In this document: positions 1-14,570 of the stretch, in pieces
How positions within the stretch are numbered: position 1 is the first letter of the stretch
How the letters are laid out: the number at the start of each line of letters is the position of its first letter
Assembly (NCBI GenBank): GCA_000165425.1
Contig: CT868049.1
Location: 1-64,000 of the forward strand
Length of the DNA stretch: 64,000 nt
From: Paramecium tetraurelia
Lineage: Eukaryota
Reading direction: 5' to 3'
The notes under the pieces: generated by a model
Told to the model about the DNA's origin: nothing
Databases searched by the model: none
The model's input: only the letters and a program-made list of their open reading frames with translations
Made by a program: the position numbers and the translations under genes

Positions 1-1847
1 AAAGTCCCTTCCAATCTATTTCATACAAGTCAATAATTTAGACATTGTTTAGAGAATAGATTACATAAAACTTTGGATTTTCATTCTTTAAGATATATAA
101 TCAAGACATTTTGTAATTAAATTATTAGTTTTCATTGTTATGTAATTGAGTTTCAACTTACTAAATGTATTGCACATATTTCACAAACTTGTTATTTATT
201 CAGGATTACAAAAAGGAAGTTGATTTCTTCCTTTATATGAGAAAAAATTATAGATAAGATGAAGTAGATCTATTTGATCCATAATATCTCATATTACAAA
301 TAATTCCTCTTAAATTTTCAAATCAATAATTAGTTGAGTCGAAATCATTTCAATTTAACTCAAATGCAGTAGAATTGATAATTCAGAAATAATCCTTGAG
401 AATTTAGAATTAAATTTGAATTTCTTTTATTGATTATCAAAAATCATCAAAATTTATAGCAGATATTGGATCCATTGATTCAATAATATTAGTTTTATCA
501 CATTTTGTTAATTAATAAATGAGTAAAACTAGAAAAGGGATGTGTTGAAAAGATAATTCGAATGTATTAACTAAGAAATAATTAATATCAAATTCTCATA
601 TAATTGGTATGGTAAAATTATTGATGTTTTATAAAATGGATTATCCACTCAACAATAATTAGTTGTTAAAATATTATTTGAGATTCAAAAAGTTGCTATT
701 AAAAATCTTAACATATTAAATATAATTTAAACATAAGCAAAAATATAATTTTTAATTTAATCAACTTTAAATTAAAATTAGCTTTAATGTGCTCATAAGG
801 TAGGATTTAAGGTTGAAATCATTTCCTAAAGTTTAAGATTAAATAAGTCTTGAAGAAATAATAGAAAGATGCCAATGGAACATATTTTGCTTCACATATC
901 AATTCAACTGAGTAAAATGAAAACATTGGATCACATATTGGAAAGTATGTAATACCAATTGAATATTCAAAAATTATGTATTGTTAAAAGAACAAAATGA
1001 ATACAATATTTTAAATGACGAAGACTTTCACTTATTCACAATGGATGAAACGATCTTTAATAATTTTGACTTAAAAAAATAGGAAATTATTTTGAGTAAA
1101 ACTTTATAGAATTATGATAATATCATCATTAAACAATTTGTCTGCGGCAATCGTTTTCTTGCTAAAATGTTCTTTAATTTTCTAAAAATCTACCTGTGTT
1201 TTTAATTTTATTTAGCCTTAAAGTTGTAATACACTTATTTATTAGATATTGGTATTTATTGAATTATATAAAAATATTAGGAACGATGATCTGAATCTAA
1301 TGAATAATCATTTAGTTAAATTTTTTTTTTTTGATTTTTAATAAAACTTTAAGTGGTTTTCTATAAAAATCTTTCTTTTTCATACCAATCCATAGTCTAT
1401 ATTTTCATCTTAATAAAAATAAGATAACGTAAAGCTAAAATTTTTCAAAAGAGTCAAAAAGTTTAGAATCCATTAATGAGGAGTTTGTAGATTTGCCTGC
1501 CATTTTGTACATCAAAAATAATAGTAATTAGTATCTGATGAATAACACCAATTATCAAAAATGGGCCTTCTTAAAAGATATAATACTTCATTAACCTATT
1601 ATGATGTGATATCAATAAGAGAAAGTAAATATTATTACATATTGAGATATTATTTAGGATGATGGATTTCAAATTTCATTTTTTTATTAAGACTGATTTC
1701 TTTTAATTAAGATTCAATATATTACTTTAGGCCATAAGATAATTTCATTTATCAAGGTTGATGCTTTCTTGATGAGCTATATGACAATTATGATAATAAG
1801 GGGGATACTCTATTAAGACCCAGAATAAGATCACTTAATTATGATTA

Positions 1848-2387
1848 ATGAAATGGAAAGGTTATATTCTAGCTGCCACATTATTCTTAATCAATATTGA
1901 ATTCGTAAATAATTAAATTTGTTAGAAAACAGATACAACAACAAAATCAATCATAAGAGGAAATTATTAAGATGTATTAAATATGAATAGAGGAGGATTA
2001 ATCTCAAGATCATAAATTTCTATTAGTAATACAGATAGTTGTTTACGAGATAATGCTTACATAGTATATGGAAATTTTGGATATACAGGGGGCCTGATTG
2101 GAGCTTCAATAATTATTGATTTATAACAAACTTATGAATTAAATACTTTTAAAATATGGTTTTATGATTTAGATGACAGATTGTACACAATTAGGGTTTA
2201 TGTAATATACAATAATATTGAAAAAATTATTTATCAAAGTAGTCATGGATAATCAATAACCACTATTACATTTCCAGATTAGTAGGTTAAAAAATTCAAA
2301 ATATTAAATGTAAATGGCAATACTTACAATATTGGACTCAACGTCCTCAAAGTAGAAGCCTACTTTAGAATCTAAAAAAATGTGTGA
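1848..2387 (+). CDS. Secreted protein (179 aa), probable F5/8 type C / galactose-binding-like beta-sandwich, ciliate-expanded family
   Basis: Intronless ORF in code 6: MKWKGYILAATLFLINIEFVNN (signal-peptide-like)...IIIDLQQTYELNTFKIWFYDLDDRLYTIRVYV...LNVLKVEAYFRIQKNV-TGA. The IIIDL...ELN..KIW pattern resembles discoidin-like domains. Confidence 0.7.
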
Positions 2388-3014
2388 AATAAATTATAAT
2401 AAATTTATGAAATATCCACATTTATTTGTTAAAAATTTTGTATAACAATCTTTTACTCACTTACAAAAATGTATAGATGAATTACTTTACCCATTCTATT
2501 AATCTTTTTCAATTTTCATGAAAACATTTAATAAATAAATATTTTAATTAATTGAGATAATAAACTCTATCCAAATGTCTTTTATTTGAAATATTTCATT
2601 TAATACTATTAGACTCATAACTAAATGGAACATTTAATTAAGACTATCTCATAAGAGAGTCGAGTTATATTCTGAAGAATCTTTGTTTTGATAGATAACA
2701 ATAACTTGTCCAAAAACTTTGTAATAATATTGGGATTCATTCGAATTTTGATTTGACAATTAATTACTATTGTATTCTTCAAAAACACAAAAGTATATTC
2801 ACATTATAAAATCAGTGGAAACAGAATTTTAATTTTGAATGGGTGAATAAATACTTATTATTTAAAACTAAAATTGAAGTAAAGGTATATTCGTCTTACC
2901 AAGTAACCAATTAGGAAATAATTTTTTGGATATACAATTACATCAATTTGAGTGAAGAATTACTTTAAGCGAAAGAAAAAAAAAGGGCAAAAACATTTTG
3001 TAAGGAAAGCACTC

Positions 3015-3164
3015 NNNNNNNNNNNNNNNNNNNNNNNNNNNNNNNNNNNNNNNNNNNNNNNNNNNNNNNNNNNNNNNNNNNNNNNNNNNNNNNNNNNNNN
3101 NNNNNNNNNNNNNNNNNNNNNNNNNNNNNNNNNNNNNNNNNNNNNNNNNNNNNNNNNNNNNNNN
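3015..3164. other. Assembly gap (150 N)
   Basis: Run of N characters. Confidence 1.
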
Positions 3165-3185
3165 TTTTTTCATAAATCCTCATCC

Positions 3186-3322
3186 TTTAAAACTAAAATT
3201 TAATTAAATTTATATTCTTCTTACCATTAACCAATTATTACTTAATCTTTTTTTTTACAATTACATCAATTTTATTTAATAATTATTTAATCTAAATAAA
3301 AAAAAATTTCAAAAACATTTTT
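3186..3322 (+). repeat. Degraded duplicate of 2861-3000 across the gap (G replaced mostly by T)
   Basis: tttaaaactaaaattgaagtaaaggtatattcgtcttacc (2861) aligns to tttaaaactaaaatttaattaaatttatattcttcttacc (3186); the alignment continues to aaaacatttt. Confidence 0.85.
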
Positions 3323-4729
3323 TACATTTTTATTTTAATTTATCATCATCAATATTATTAAAATTTAATTTTATTAAAAACATCATTATTAAAATATATA
3401 AACCTAATATTATTTCATCAATACTTCTTAATTTATATATAAATCTATAAATATATTCATATTATCTTTTTTAATCCATCAATCATAAATAATTCTTCAA
3501 TCTTAATCAATTAGATATTAATAATCCAGAGAAAATTTAGTTAAATTATTCTATCTTCATTCAAAATGAATTAACAAATGGAAATGTTTAAATTAAAGAA
3601 AAATTTGGTTCTACACATTTGTGATTGAAAAAATAATTTTTCAGTTCATAAATTAGAAATACGGCTATTAGAATTCATAAACTAGAATAGATGCCAAATA
3701 TTTATGCACTTTGAGAGAGTAGATATATAAAATATGACATTGATAAATGTAGCCATTTAAACACATCGTGAAGGCCTAATCTTAAAGACTTGCTAAGAAG
3801 AGAATATCCTAGAACTTGGAAAATTGATATAAATATTATTACAACAAGCAAAATAATTCCACTTTGAAATTGAAAGAAAAGGAATCAAAGTTAGAAATTA
3901 AAAATTATAATATGAAAAAAAATTCTACCAAAAAATGACATAAGAAATTGATCAATAAATAATTTTAAGATAAAGAAACATTTAAATCATTTATAATCTC
4001 TATTGAAAACTATAATGATTAAGTTAAAATGGATCTGCAGAGAAGTTTAAATTAATGCCAAAACTGACTATATGGCATTTATTTATAATTTTTTCTATGA
4101 TATAAATAATTCCCTAAAACCATAATAAAATTTATTAGCACCTAATGACTTAGAATGAATTTTTATTTTTTCTTTCCTTTGCTGGATTAAATAATAAAAA
4201 TAAATGTTTTGCTCTATTTTATATAAAACAATTTATTATAAATTAAAAATCGATTACTTATTTACTTATTCACCAAATTAATTCTTCTTATCTACATCAT
4301 ATTCTAGCTTTATAATGCATTCCCATCTAATTTTTGAATTTTTCATATATAATATGATTAATTAATATTCATAAAATAATCAATTAATAAAGCAATTAAA
4401 TTGTAATTAAAATTAGTTTTATTTAAGAATTATATAAAAATAAATATTCAAAATTGATGAATGTTGAGGCTGATTGATTGCAAAAGTTAAAGAAGTGTAT
4501 ACATTATCAGCTTACTAAATAAAAAAATAGATTTTATCTAAAATAATCATAATTTTGTTATAAATAAAAACGCAGCGATGTTCTTAAATTAAACAATTGA
4601 ATATTAAAAATAATGGTGATTTATCGTTGATTTTTTTTATAGAAAAGTTAAATGCAACAATATAAATTTCCTTAGGTATAAAAAGTTTTATTAAATTCTA
4701 TTTATATTATTTTTTGTATTTAAAATCAT

Positions 4730-6856
4730 TCATTCATTGAATTGACTAAATATTTCTGCTTTTGAATAATAATGTAGATTAACACATGGATAAAGATCTT
4801 AAGTTGTGTCTATATTGAGTTTCTTAACATATAGTTTAATATTTACATATGACTCATTAGTTGATTACTTAATCCATTTAATATACTTATTCTAAATATC
4901 AACTTCTACAATAACGATATCATTAAAAGTAAATTTAAATGATATGCATTTGTCATTTTTATCATATTAATCATGATTGAAACATTTACCATCCTTATCA
5001 ATAAAATATGCACTAGTATTATTATTATAAAATAATATTACCCTTTTCCATAATTATCATAATAACCATTCTTTTATATCATATCTCTAAAACATATTCC
5101 TATCATTAAGTAAGAATTATTTAAAATTCTAAATGCGAATTTAACTAATCCATGTTTTGGAATAATTTAATCACAGATGCAACAATACATACCACACATA
5201 CCATGCAGAATAACCATTTTTCCATCTTAAGATATTTAGCAAGCATCATGTTTAAATTATTGTGAAAATGTTAGTTTAAAAGGATATTAATTTAATATTT
5301 AATTCTGCTCTTACTACTGCAACAACTATTACTAAAATTAAATAAATAATAATCTACTATTTAAATCTATAATTATAAATATTGGACATCTTTGCAATCT
5401 CTTTACAATTATGTCAATTACTATTCCTTTTATTATAATAATTCATTAACTTTGGTAATATTAATATTTTTTTCCTTTAATTGTTAATCGAGATTATTAA
5501 TTTATAAAGTTACTTAAATATTTAAGAGAATAATTTACAATTTTGGCAATCCTCTTTGAATACCTAATATTTCTCTTTAATAAATACTTTTCCATTTCTT
5601 AAAATTTCATTTGATTTGATAGAATCATTTAAAGTTTCTGCGAATGAATTATCTTATCCTAAAATTTTCAATATTTCTTCTCGTTTTAGTAATCCATATT
5701 CAAATAAATTAGTTAGATTATTAGTTATTAAATTATATCTAATTTAATCTTCTTAATCTATATTAGCTTATAAATCAGATGAAACCGTTAGTTTATCTTT
5801 TTTACATAAAATTAGGGTGATCTCTTCAATCTATTCTTAATTGAACTCATAAATATCTGTTTGATCTAATTAATTTTATAATACTTCTTGAATTGATTAT
5901 TATTCATTATTCAATTTTTCAATCAGTTCACATAAGATTTTATTATGCTATTCTCTTATTTCTTTAAGATTTGATATTATACTTTCCTATTAAAGCAATC
6001 TTGAATTCTAATCTGCTCTAATTTTATCTTAATTTTTGTATTTCCATCTTAGGTTGGCATTTTATAATGAAGTATATTTAATTGGGTCATTATTATGAAT
6101 ACAATCAACACATATCAATCTAGATGATTCAACTTAATTTTATTCTAAATTCAACATTATAATCTCTTTTCCATGTTTATTGCATTTTATATTTAAACAA
6201 GGTGTTTTCTAAATATCAATAATAATTACAGATTTATCCAATTCTTTTTAATTTTATATACCAAATGCTTTTACCTCTTATTATTTATCCGTATTCCTAT
6301 TTTATTATAAATGATCAATAACTTAATTGTATGATGGATTGCTTGTGAATGATTAAAACATTTATTCGATGGAATCATAGAATTGATTATCAGCTTCTAA
6401 TTTATCCAATTCCATAGGGATTTCATAATTAAAACTTCCTTTGTAATTTTTTGATAGAATTTCAACCTCATCTTCAAATTTATCAATTTTAGACTTTGAA
6501 TCATATTCCTCTAAGTCTTTTTCAATTGTCCTTACTCTTTATCAAATGTTAGTTAATATCTTGTCAAATATTTCTTCAACTTAAACTTTAAATCCTTTTA
6601 TCATACATTCCATCTATTTTTATTTTTCTATTCTCTTTTATTTTTCCTTCAACTCAAATGTTTATTATTTAAATTTCATTTCTTTAATCATAAATTGGGT
6701 CTCATCCATTAAAGCCATGTTTTAAATATCTATCTTCTCAATTAGGCATTTTGTACAAAGATATTTATCATCTTTAGGGGTAGATTGTTTTAGATCAATT
6801 GTTGTTATTTCTAATTAATGTTTTGAACAAATCCTTCTCTATTCTTTTAATGACAT
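4730..6856 (-). pseudogene. CxxH/CxxC zinc-motif + coiled-coil + C-terminal SPRY/ConA-like protein with in-frame TGA (pseudogene or base error)
   Basis: MSLKEQRRICSKHQLEI...YLCTKCLIEK; second motif KCNKHGKEII...LICVDC; C-terminus CICDQIIPKHGLVKFAFRI...MIGICFRD...QDLYPCVNL. One 29-nt intron near 5014-5042. In-frame TGA at 6542-6544 with the frame continuing beyond it. Confidence 0.65.
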
Positions 6857-7588
6857 ATTTATAAATACAAAAATATTTAAATTATAAACAGTATTAGAAT
6901 AATTATTTGTAAAATTCTAAACCTCAAATCTAACTAATTTGTTTATCAAATAAAACATCACATTTTCTAACCTTATAATATTTTATATTATGCATTTTGA
7001 AATATAATTTACTAAAAATTCATTAAACTCGATCTTACATATAAAAACTATTGCTTGATTTCAGAACCAATCTCTCAATTTAGACTCTTTGAGAAGAAGG
7101 TTGAATAATTCAAAAATAAATTCTTTTTTGATATCTATAGGACTTCATAGAAACATCATTCTTAAATACAAGATAAATGAAATGATGAGTAAATATTTAA
7201 TTATTACCTATATTTTTGTAAAAGTGAATGAGGAGGCAATCATTGCCTTTTTAATTTTAATGAGAAGTCTTTAGATTACATTAAACTTTAATTTCTTAAT
7301 GAATATACCAAATGATGGATCAAATTGTTTACGTTTGCAATATATTCCATAAGATATTGGAACTTAAAGTGATGCAAAGAAAATTTTTATATTTTAACTT
7401 TCTCATTAAATTCCTCTAAATAGAATTTTGATCTTATCTATTTCTTAAAATTTAATACAGAAGACACTGATAAATTTCAAAATAATATTAGACAAACCAA
7501 GAAAAAAATAATCTCTATTTTATATACTTCTATTTTCATCCTCATATAAAAAATAAAAATGTTGAAAAAAAACAATTAATTTGAATTA

Positions 7589-10500
7589 TCATATTTTTTA
7601 TTACTTTTAAACATTCATCCTATTTTCTTATGCTAAGGTCAATATATTGGCTATATTAAGAATAAACACTGGATTTTATTTTTTCTATTGATAATATAAT
7701 TTGATTTCTTTGTAGAAATTAATTCCTAGTTTAATTACAGGCCCCAATAAACCAAGTACCAAAATTAAAATTTGAACAAATCCTAGTAGAATTTATTCAT
7801 TATATTTCATAACTCTTATAAAATCAGAGCAATATGTTAAACTTGTTAATGTAAAGAACATTACTGGAACCTCCATCCAAATTATTCCAATAAATTCTAT
7901 CCTTTCTATATTTTACTTGATTGTTGATAGCAATCCAATGTACCATAAACTCAACAGTGTTAACATGATGCATTGAATTATGTCGTTACTTTATTAATCA
8001 ATTAATATTAAGATAAATAAGAGTTTTTTTATTAGGGTTATACCCTCAAGCTATTAAAATCTTATTTGTGAAAGTTTCAAGTTTTCATTCAATCCTTTAA
8101 TGTTCAACAATAAAATGATAATTGTCAAACCCAAAACTAAAAAACAAATACTATATGATATGGTTGATCGATATCCTGTTTCTGTGTTTGAGGTCATAAA
8201 CAGAACCACTTTAAACAGCAAATCCCAACAGTTTGCGTAAAAGAGTTGTATAAAGCCGTTTTTAGAGTAAATATTCCTTAATTTTAAGATTTTTTTATTA
8301 ATTTGATATAGTTTAATTATTAAAGAACCGAGCCATTAAAAATGGGTTTGCCTTATAAAATAAATATTTTTGAATGTAAAAAAATAATTATGCACGATTT
8401 TTGGATAAAATTATAAAAATAAGTAAAGTAAACCAATGAAGACAATTTAAGAGATTTAACTCTAAATATTTAATAGCAAGTCAGCATTTATTTGATACTC
8501 TTAGAACTTACCTATACTTGGAATGAAGTTCTAATTAATTAGATTGTTAAGAAGATCTGTTATTTAAAAGTATATTAAGATTGGGCTAACCGTTACAATT
8601 TCTGAAGATTGAAAATAAATCTATAGATTTTAAGGATAAGAAATATTTACAAATTTCAAATATGATTAAAATTGTAAAAGGTCAAATATTTCAAAACATT
8701 ATAATGGTTATTTGAACAATAACATCAGTATGCTAATAGCTCCTAAGCCTATAATTAAAATATTTCCAAGATTTTGAAACTTATTTGCAATGCTAATTTA
8801 ATCCTAATTGATAATCTTAGGCATTTTAAGTAATAATGATTATGATGGGAGACCAACCAACATATTGTTATTATCAACTAAAGAAGAGTCGAAAGAAATG
8901 GAAAAATTTGGCTCTAATGACATTTACTCAACAATTACAATATCAAACTCGAAAAAAGCCATAGTAAACTAAGTTGAATTAATATCCACTACAGGGTTAA
9001 TTGTAATTTGATATTGATTTTAATTTAAATTGATTATTTCTGGTTAAATTGTTTGAGTAAAATTTATATTTGAAACTTATTTCACTTCATTAGAAAACTT
9101 TAGAGAAACAAATTAATGTTCAAATGTTTGATTTGAATATTCTAAGGAATATTTAGTTTATAAAAAACAGGAATTAGGTTGATCTTAATTACAATTCCAA
9201 TTTTCTTCTACAATGCATTAGCTGGAACATCCATCACCATTACCCTAATTTCCATCATCACATTACTCTAAAGTTGATTAATTTCCATCTCCACATTTTT
9301 CGACATTGATTACAAGGATTTCATCATTTTCATCATTTTCATCCAAAGCATCAATTAATACTTTTTGACATTCTTTCTTAATTAAATTATATCCTTTCTC
9401 ACATTCTTAGCACACACCTTGTACACAGTTAATACAATTTTAATCGCATTAAAAGAGACATTAATAACAACCATCGAATTGAATATCATTTTAATCTTCA
9501 CACTCTTCTAAAGTTTATATAATAATTCCATCTCCACATATTGGTTTGCATTAATTTTTATCAGTCAACTCAAAGTTTTCTACGCATAACAAACAATTAT
9601 TTGAACTATCGCATTAGAAACAATATGAATTACATTCGAATTTGCAATTATAACATCCATCATAAGGTTGATAATTTCCATCATCACACTACTCTTATGA
9701 ATAGATAGCCAATAAACCATCTCCACATATTTGATAGCATTTTTAATCTATCAGCTACCAACCATCAATACAAGAATAGCATTATTATTGGATGCATTTA
9801 TGACATTCTAATTAGCAACTTAATTTGCATTTATAGCAACCGTCAAATTGTATATTATTTTTATCATCACAAATTTCATTCTCAATAACAATTCCATCAT
9901 CACATATCGGAATACACTAATTCTTATTTTACGATAATTTATAAAAAGTTTAACATTCCAGACATTGATCAAACAAACTAATTAAGCAATTTTCTATTGT
10001 TTTTCTCTTAAAATAATATCCAAAGACATCATCCGTTTAAAAGGGTTAATTCGAAACATATATGGGCTATGTCATCCAATCAAAAAACTAATATCGCAAT
10101 TACTAATGATAATAACTTCCATATTTTGATAAATTAGATATTGAATATTAGGGTTCATGCAATGGTTCTAAACCATTCATATTATTTATTTCTGAACATT
10201 TATTATCAATTAATTCATAATTTTATTAACACTTTAAACATTTTCTAAACTCACAAAATTAGCAAAAAATTGGGCAAGAAAACCTACATTAAAAACAGCC
10301 ATCATTTGATACTTGATTTGCATCATCACATTGTTCATACCCTTAAATGATACCATCCCCACATATTGGCTGACAATTCTATTGTGATACATCTTAAATC
10401 CAACCTTCTTAGCAAAACAAGCATTAATCACCAACTTAATCTAAACAGCCTAAAATAACATTTTGAATTATTATTGCTGGCAAACTGTAATATATTTCAA

Positions 10501-11383
10501 AATCTCTTATGCCTCCTTGACTTCTAGCAGATCTAATTTTCAGTTAGAATAGAAAGTCAGGATGATTTTTTATTAATATTTCTACTGCTCCATATTAACT
10601 CGCTATAAATTCTTCACCATAAATATAAGCTACATAGATATCACTCCATACGTGATAAAACCTTATTAATATATCTTAATGGGGAGGGAGTATTGTAGAA
10701 TAATTAATTGTATTAAATAGTTAAAATTAGCAGTTCCCGCAATCCCAAAACTAATAAACGCTAAGGTTATAAGCCCATCCATCAGAATTTGTTTCGATTG
10801 TTTTTTAATCAAATGAATATTAATGCAGTTTCCATGATAAGCAAAAATTTTAATTATAATCAATGCATCCTTTACAATTATAATCACATCTGATAATACT
10901 TAATTATAATTTTATTAATCCTACGTTTTCATGGTGAATGTTCATCCATAAATTTCTTCTGTTATGTAAACGATTTATTGAAATAGTGTGAATTAACTAA
11001 TTATCACAATTTGGATTTGGCAATCCCACTTAAGCAGTATTTTCATAAATAAAATCCAAATAAAAACTCCAATTAAATTAATTAAAACTATTAATAGAAA
11101 ATAATAATAGTTACAGTTAAAGTTCTGCGTCCACTTTAATATGAGAATGAGGTTCTAGGTCTAAAAATAATCTGCTAATATAATGAGAATTTGACAAAAA
11201 ATAGGGAATTCCTCCACAAGTCAAGAATTAAAAGGAGCCAGACTGCTATTTCCAACCTATAATAAATTTCAAATTTAAATAGTTACCATCACTATTATTA
11301 TCATTTGCATCAAATGAATATATCACAGTTTGACTGGAGTATAGGAGTAAATTCATAAATATAATCTTGATTAATTAACCCAT
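7589..11383 (-). CDS. Large Cys-rich surface protein with CGDG/ECDDGN (Myxococcus-type cysteine-rich) repeats and a C-terminal multipass membrane region
   Basis: MGQLIKIIFMNLLLYSSQ signal-like start; about five PICGDG...ECDDGN...DGC repeats at 9200-10370; several hydrophobic segments at 7700-8800; short introns near the 5' end; TGA at 7589. Confidence 0.8.
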
Positions 11384-11467
11384 ATTTAATATATTAAGAA
11401 TTCATTTTACATATTTTCAGATTAATATTAATTATAAAATTTTTTTTGTTTTTATACGATTAATTGG

Positions 11468-13340
11468 ATGAATTAGAAAATTTCTTTTTTTAAAGAATTA
11501 TTACATTCACAATGCATTTGGTAGTTTATCCCAAAGAATTCATTATTTACAGTAAAAAATAACTTACAAATCAGAGAAAAATCAATTTAAATCAATTATA
11601 GAATTAAGAAAAAGTAAATGAAATATACCAAAATCATTCTTATTTAAAGAATATTTTAATCGTCCAAAACTATTATGAAATTAGAAGTTAATTTTAAACT
11701 CTTTATAATAATCAACAATAATAACAAAAATAAATTCCATTAGAAATAAAAATAGTACTGTCAAATATTTAAAAAAAAAGAAATACTCATCTATTTTGTT
11801 CATTCCATTATAGCAATTTATCTAACTGTCAACCTCTAACTTTAGAATAATAGAATTGCCAATTATTAATAATTTATTTATGAAATTTGTTATATTCTAA
11901 TACAGAATTTATCAGGTAGTGTAAAAAAATAATAATGCTTTTTAAAAACTAAAACAACCCTTAAAATCAGGTATAAAAGAATGGTAATAACCTTATTATT
12001 CCCCTTAGTTTATTGTTTATTTGGAAGGAAATTGAAAAATACACAAAAAATTTCAATGGAATCCTCAATATAGTAGATAAAAGAAAGAATAAATTTTGTT
12101 AGTTTGTGATCTATTTGATAAGTCAATAGTAGTTCAGCAAAGAAAGGTTTAGGATATTACTTTATTCATTTAGAATAGTTCCTTTTAAAGGAAATAAATA
12201 TAACCAATCTATATAATACTTTACTATTCGAACAACAAAAAATGAAATAAAAAAGCTTACATACATTCTTCTTGAAAAGAGGCATCTTAAGAAAAATACA
12301 ATTAAACTAGAATTGGAAGTCATAATGAATTTTATCGATTTTAAATAATTAATTTGAATCTAAATATTAGATAAAAATGACTTATTTTTTTAAATAATAT
12401 TCTTCAAACTCTCTTATCAAGATAAAATAGATATAAATAAAGGGTAATTGAAAATATCAAAGTCTCTTTTAAAATCCCATTACAAAAATATTGCTATCCT
12501 CCTTATATATTAAAAATTAAATCATCGATTCAACTTTTTAATTTTTTTAGAAACGCAGAGTCAAATAACTATACAATCTCTCTAAATCTCAATTTATAAA
12601 TGCACAGACTTATGTTAATTTGGATTTCAAAATCTATTAAATAATTATTCAAATAACTAAAATTCTATGAGTTGAGATGAAAAAAATATAAACGAATAGA
12701 GGCTTTCTAAAAGTATGGTTCTTTTAGCAATTGAAAAAATTTTTTGAGAGGGTAAACCAGATTAATTTGCATCTAATATCTGCGTGTTTTAGAGTTAGTT
12801 TTTCTAGTAGCAATTAATCAAATTTAAAATTTTAAAGACAAATTTAGACTAAAAAATTACTAGAACTTATATCATTAATGATTATCCAACATATTAAGTG
12901 ATGTAAATCTTCTTTTCAAATAAATCACTTAGTTTTCACAGATAGAATAGCAATTGAGCATTTTCGATGAATTTGATTACATTTCTATTCTGATCGTATA
13001 ATTTCTTTAGATGAATCGACTAATTAAGCAGATGGAACTTTCAGATAGTATTTACACCAAAAGATTTTTAACTACCTTAAGAAAGCAAATCTATCGAATT
13101 ATAAGCATGATATTCTTCTTTGTTGAGTAGAAAGTGACTTCTTTCTCTAACAATCCAATTTTATAATCAGTTGTATAACTATTCATGAGATTACTAATAA
13201 TTAAAGAGAAATAATAGTTTAATAAATTACTATTAATTATAAGTAAAAAAATTTAGATTTAGAATTAACGCAATAATTAGTGTAATATTAAGATTAATTT
13301 CTAAAATAAACCATCCAAAATAAAAGTTACGAGAATAAGT
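11468..13340 (+). pseudogene. Possible decayed gene relic
   Basis: About 2 kb with coding-like stretches in shifting frames broken by TGA, and no intact ORF or recognisable domain. It is far longer than the intergenic spaces elsewhere in the window. Confidence 0.25.
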
Positions 13341-13429
13341 TGATAAATAGATCTATATGCATTATTTTCAGGACATACAAATTTTATATAAGAAACTTAA
13401 TTATTAATATTTTATAATTAATTTATTGT

Positions 13430-13939
13430 ATGGCTAGGAGAAAAACTGTCAAACGAGCATAAAGATCTCATAAACATCTATTTACAAGGAATAAAAAGAT
13501 AAATAAGACATAAAGGGAGTAAAATAAAATTCCAGGTTGGAACAAAAATATTTCATTTACTCATAATCTAAATAATTTGGGAATGAATACAGGTTATTAG
13601 ATTAATCAAAAAATAACCAATGAATTAAAATAAAAGGAACAAGCTCCCTAATAATACATAGAGGCAGAAGAAATTTCTATTGATTAAATAAAAGAATTGC
13701 AGAGGTAAGCAACAGCAAAATTACCGTAAGAAGAAGTTGAAAAAAAGAAAAATAAAGTGAGAATGAATATTGATGATGAGTGGGCAATTGAAGGGCTTGT
13801 TAAAAAATACAAATAAGATTGGGAAGCAATGAAAAGAGATCACAAATTGAATACATTTTAATGGACGGCAATTTAATGTTAAAAAAAATACAACGATTAC
13901 ATTAAAAGATATGGTAAATGTCCTAAACCATAATAATGA
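13430..13939 (+). CDS. NOP16: Ribosome biogenesis protein Nop16 (169 aa)
   Basis: Basic N-terminus MARRKTVKR; WNKNISFTHNLNNLG; C-terminal LVKKYKQDWEAMKRDHKLNTFQWT matches the Nop16 motif. Intronless in code 6. Confidence 0.8.
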
Positions 13940-14570
13940 TTGTATAATATGTATATCTTAATATATGGATAAAATTGTAAAATATACATATTATTCATCC
14001 TTTATATATTTGATTCAATTGATCTATCCCCTCTTAAAGGGAATCTCAAATTAAATCAAAATCGTTGTTTTTCAGATTAATTTTTTTGATATTGATGAAT
14101 GATTAAAGTGTATCTAAGTATTGACACTCCTAAATTAACTCAAGGATTAATATTTTGTTTTCATAGTAAAGCTAAGATTAAACATGTTTTTTACTACTAT
14201 TTCTCAATTATTCTTATAAATTAAGTAGAATAATTAGAATATAGAGTTTAGAGAACTCTGAGTTTGAGCTAATAAAATTCAAAATTCTTCCATATTACTA
14301 ATTTTAATCATTTATAGAGAATATTAGTTAAACTTAATCCATATTATTTTATTCTTAATACTTTAATCCTCAAAAGGAAAGATAGTTTATTAATTGGATT
14401 CATGGATTTAAGCAGATAGAATAAACTACTTTATATATTTGCTTTGATACTTAAGTCAAATACTATCTAGCTCATCTTAAGTAGGATTATTAATTGATCT
14501 AAAGTATGATGCGAATGTAATTTAGAATTTATTGGGTATATGAGTTAATTTTTTTTATTTAAAAATTGAA

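Noticed and set aside
2943..3203. ORFs spanning the N run in the supplied track
   Set aside because: Artefacts of translating Ns.
5010..5045. Apparent frameshift in the SPRY-like domain
   Set aside because: Resolved by a 29-nt GT-AG intron.
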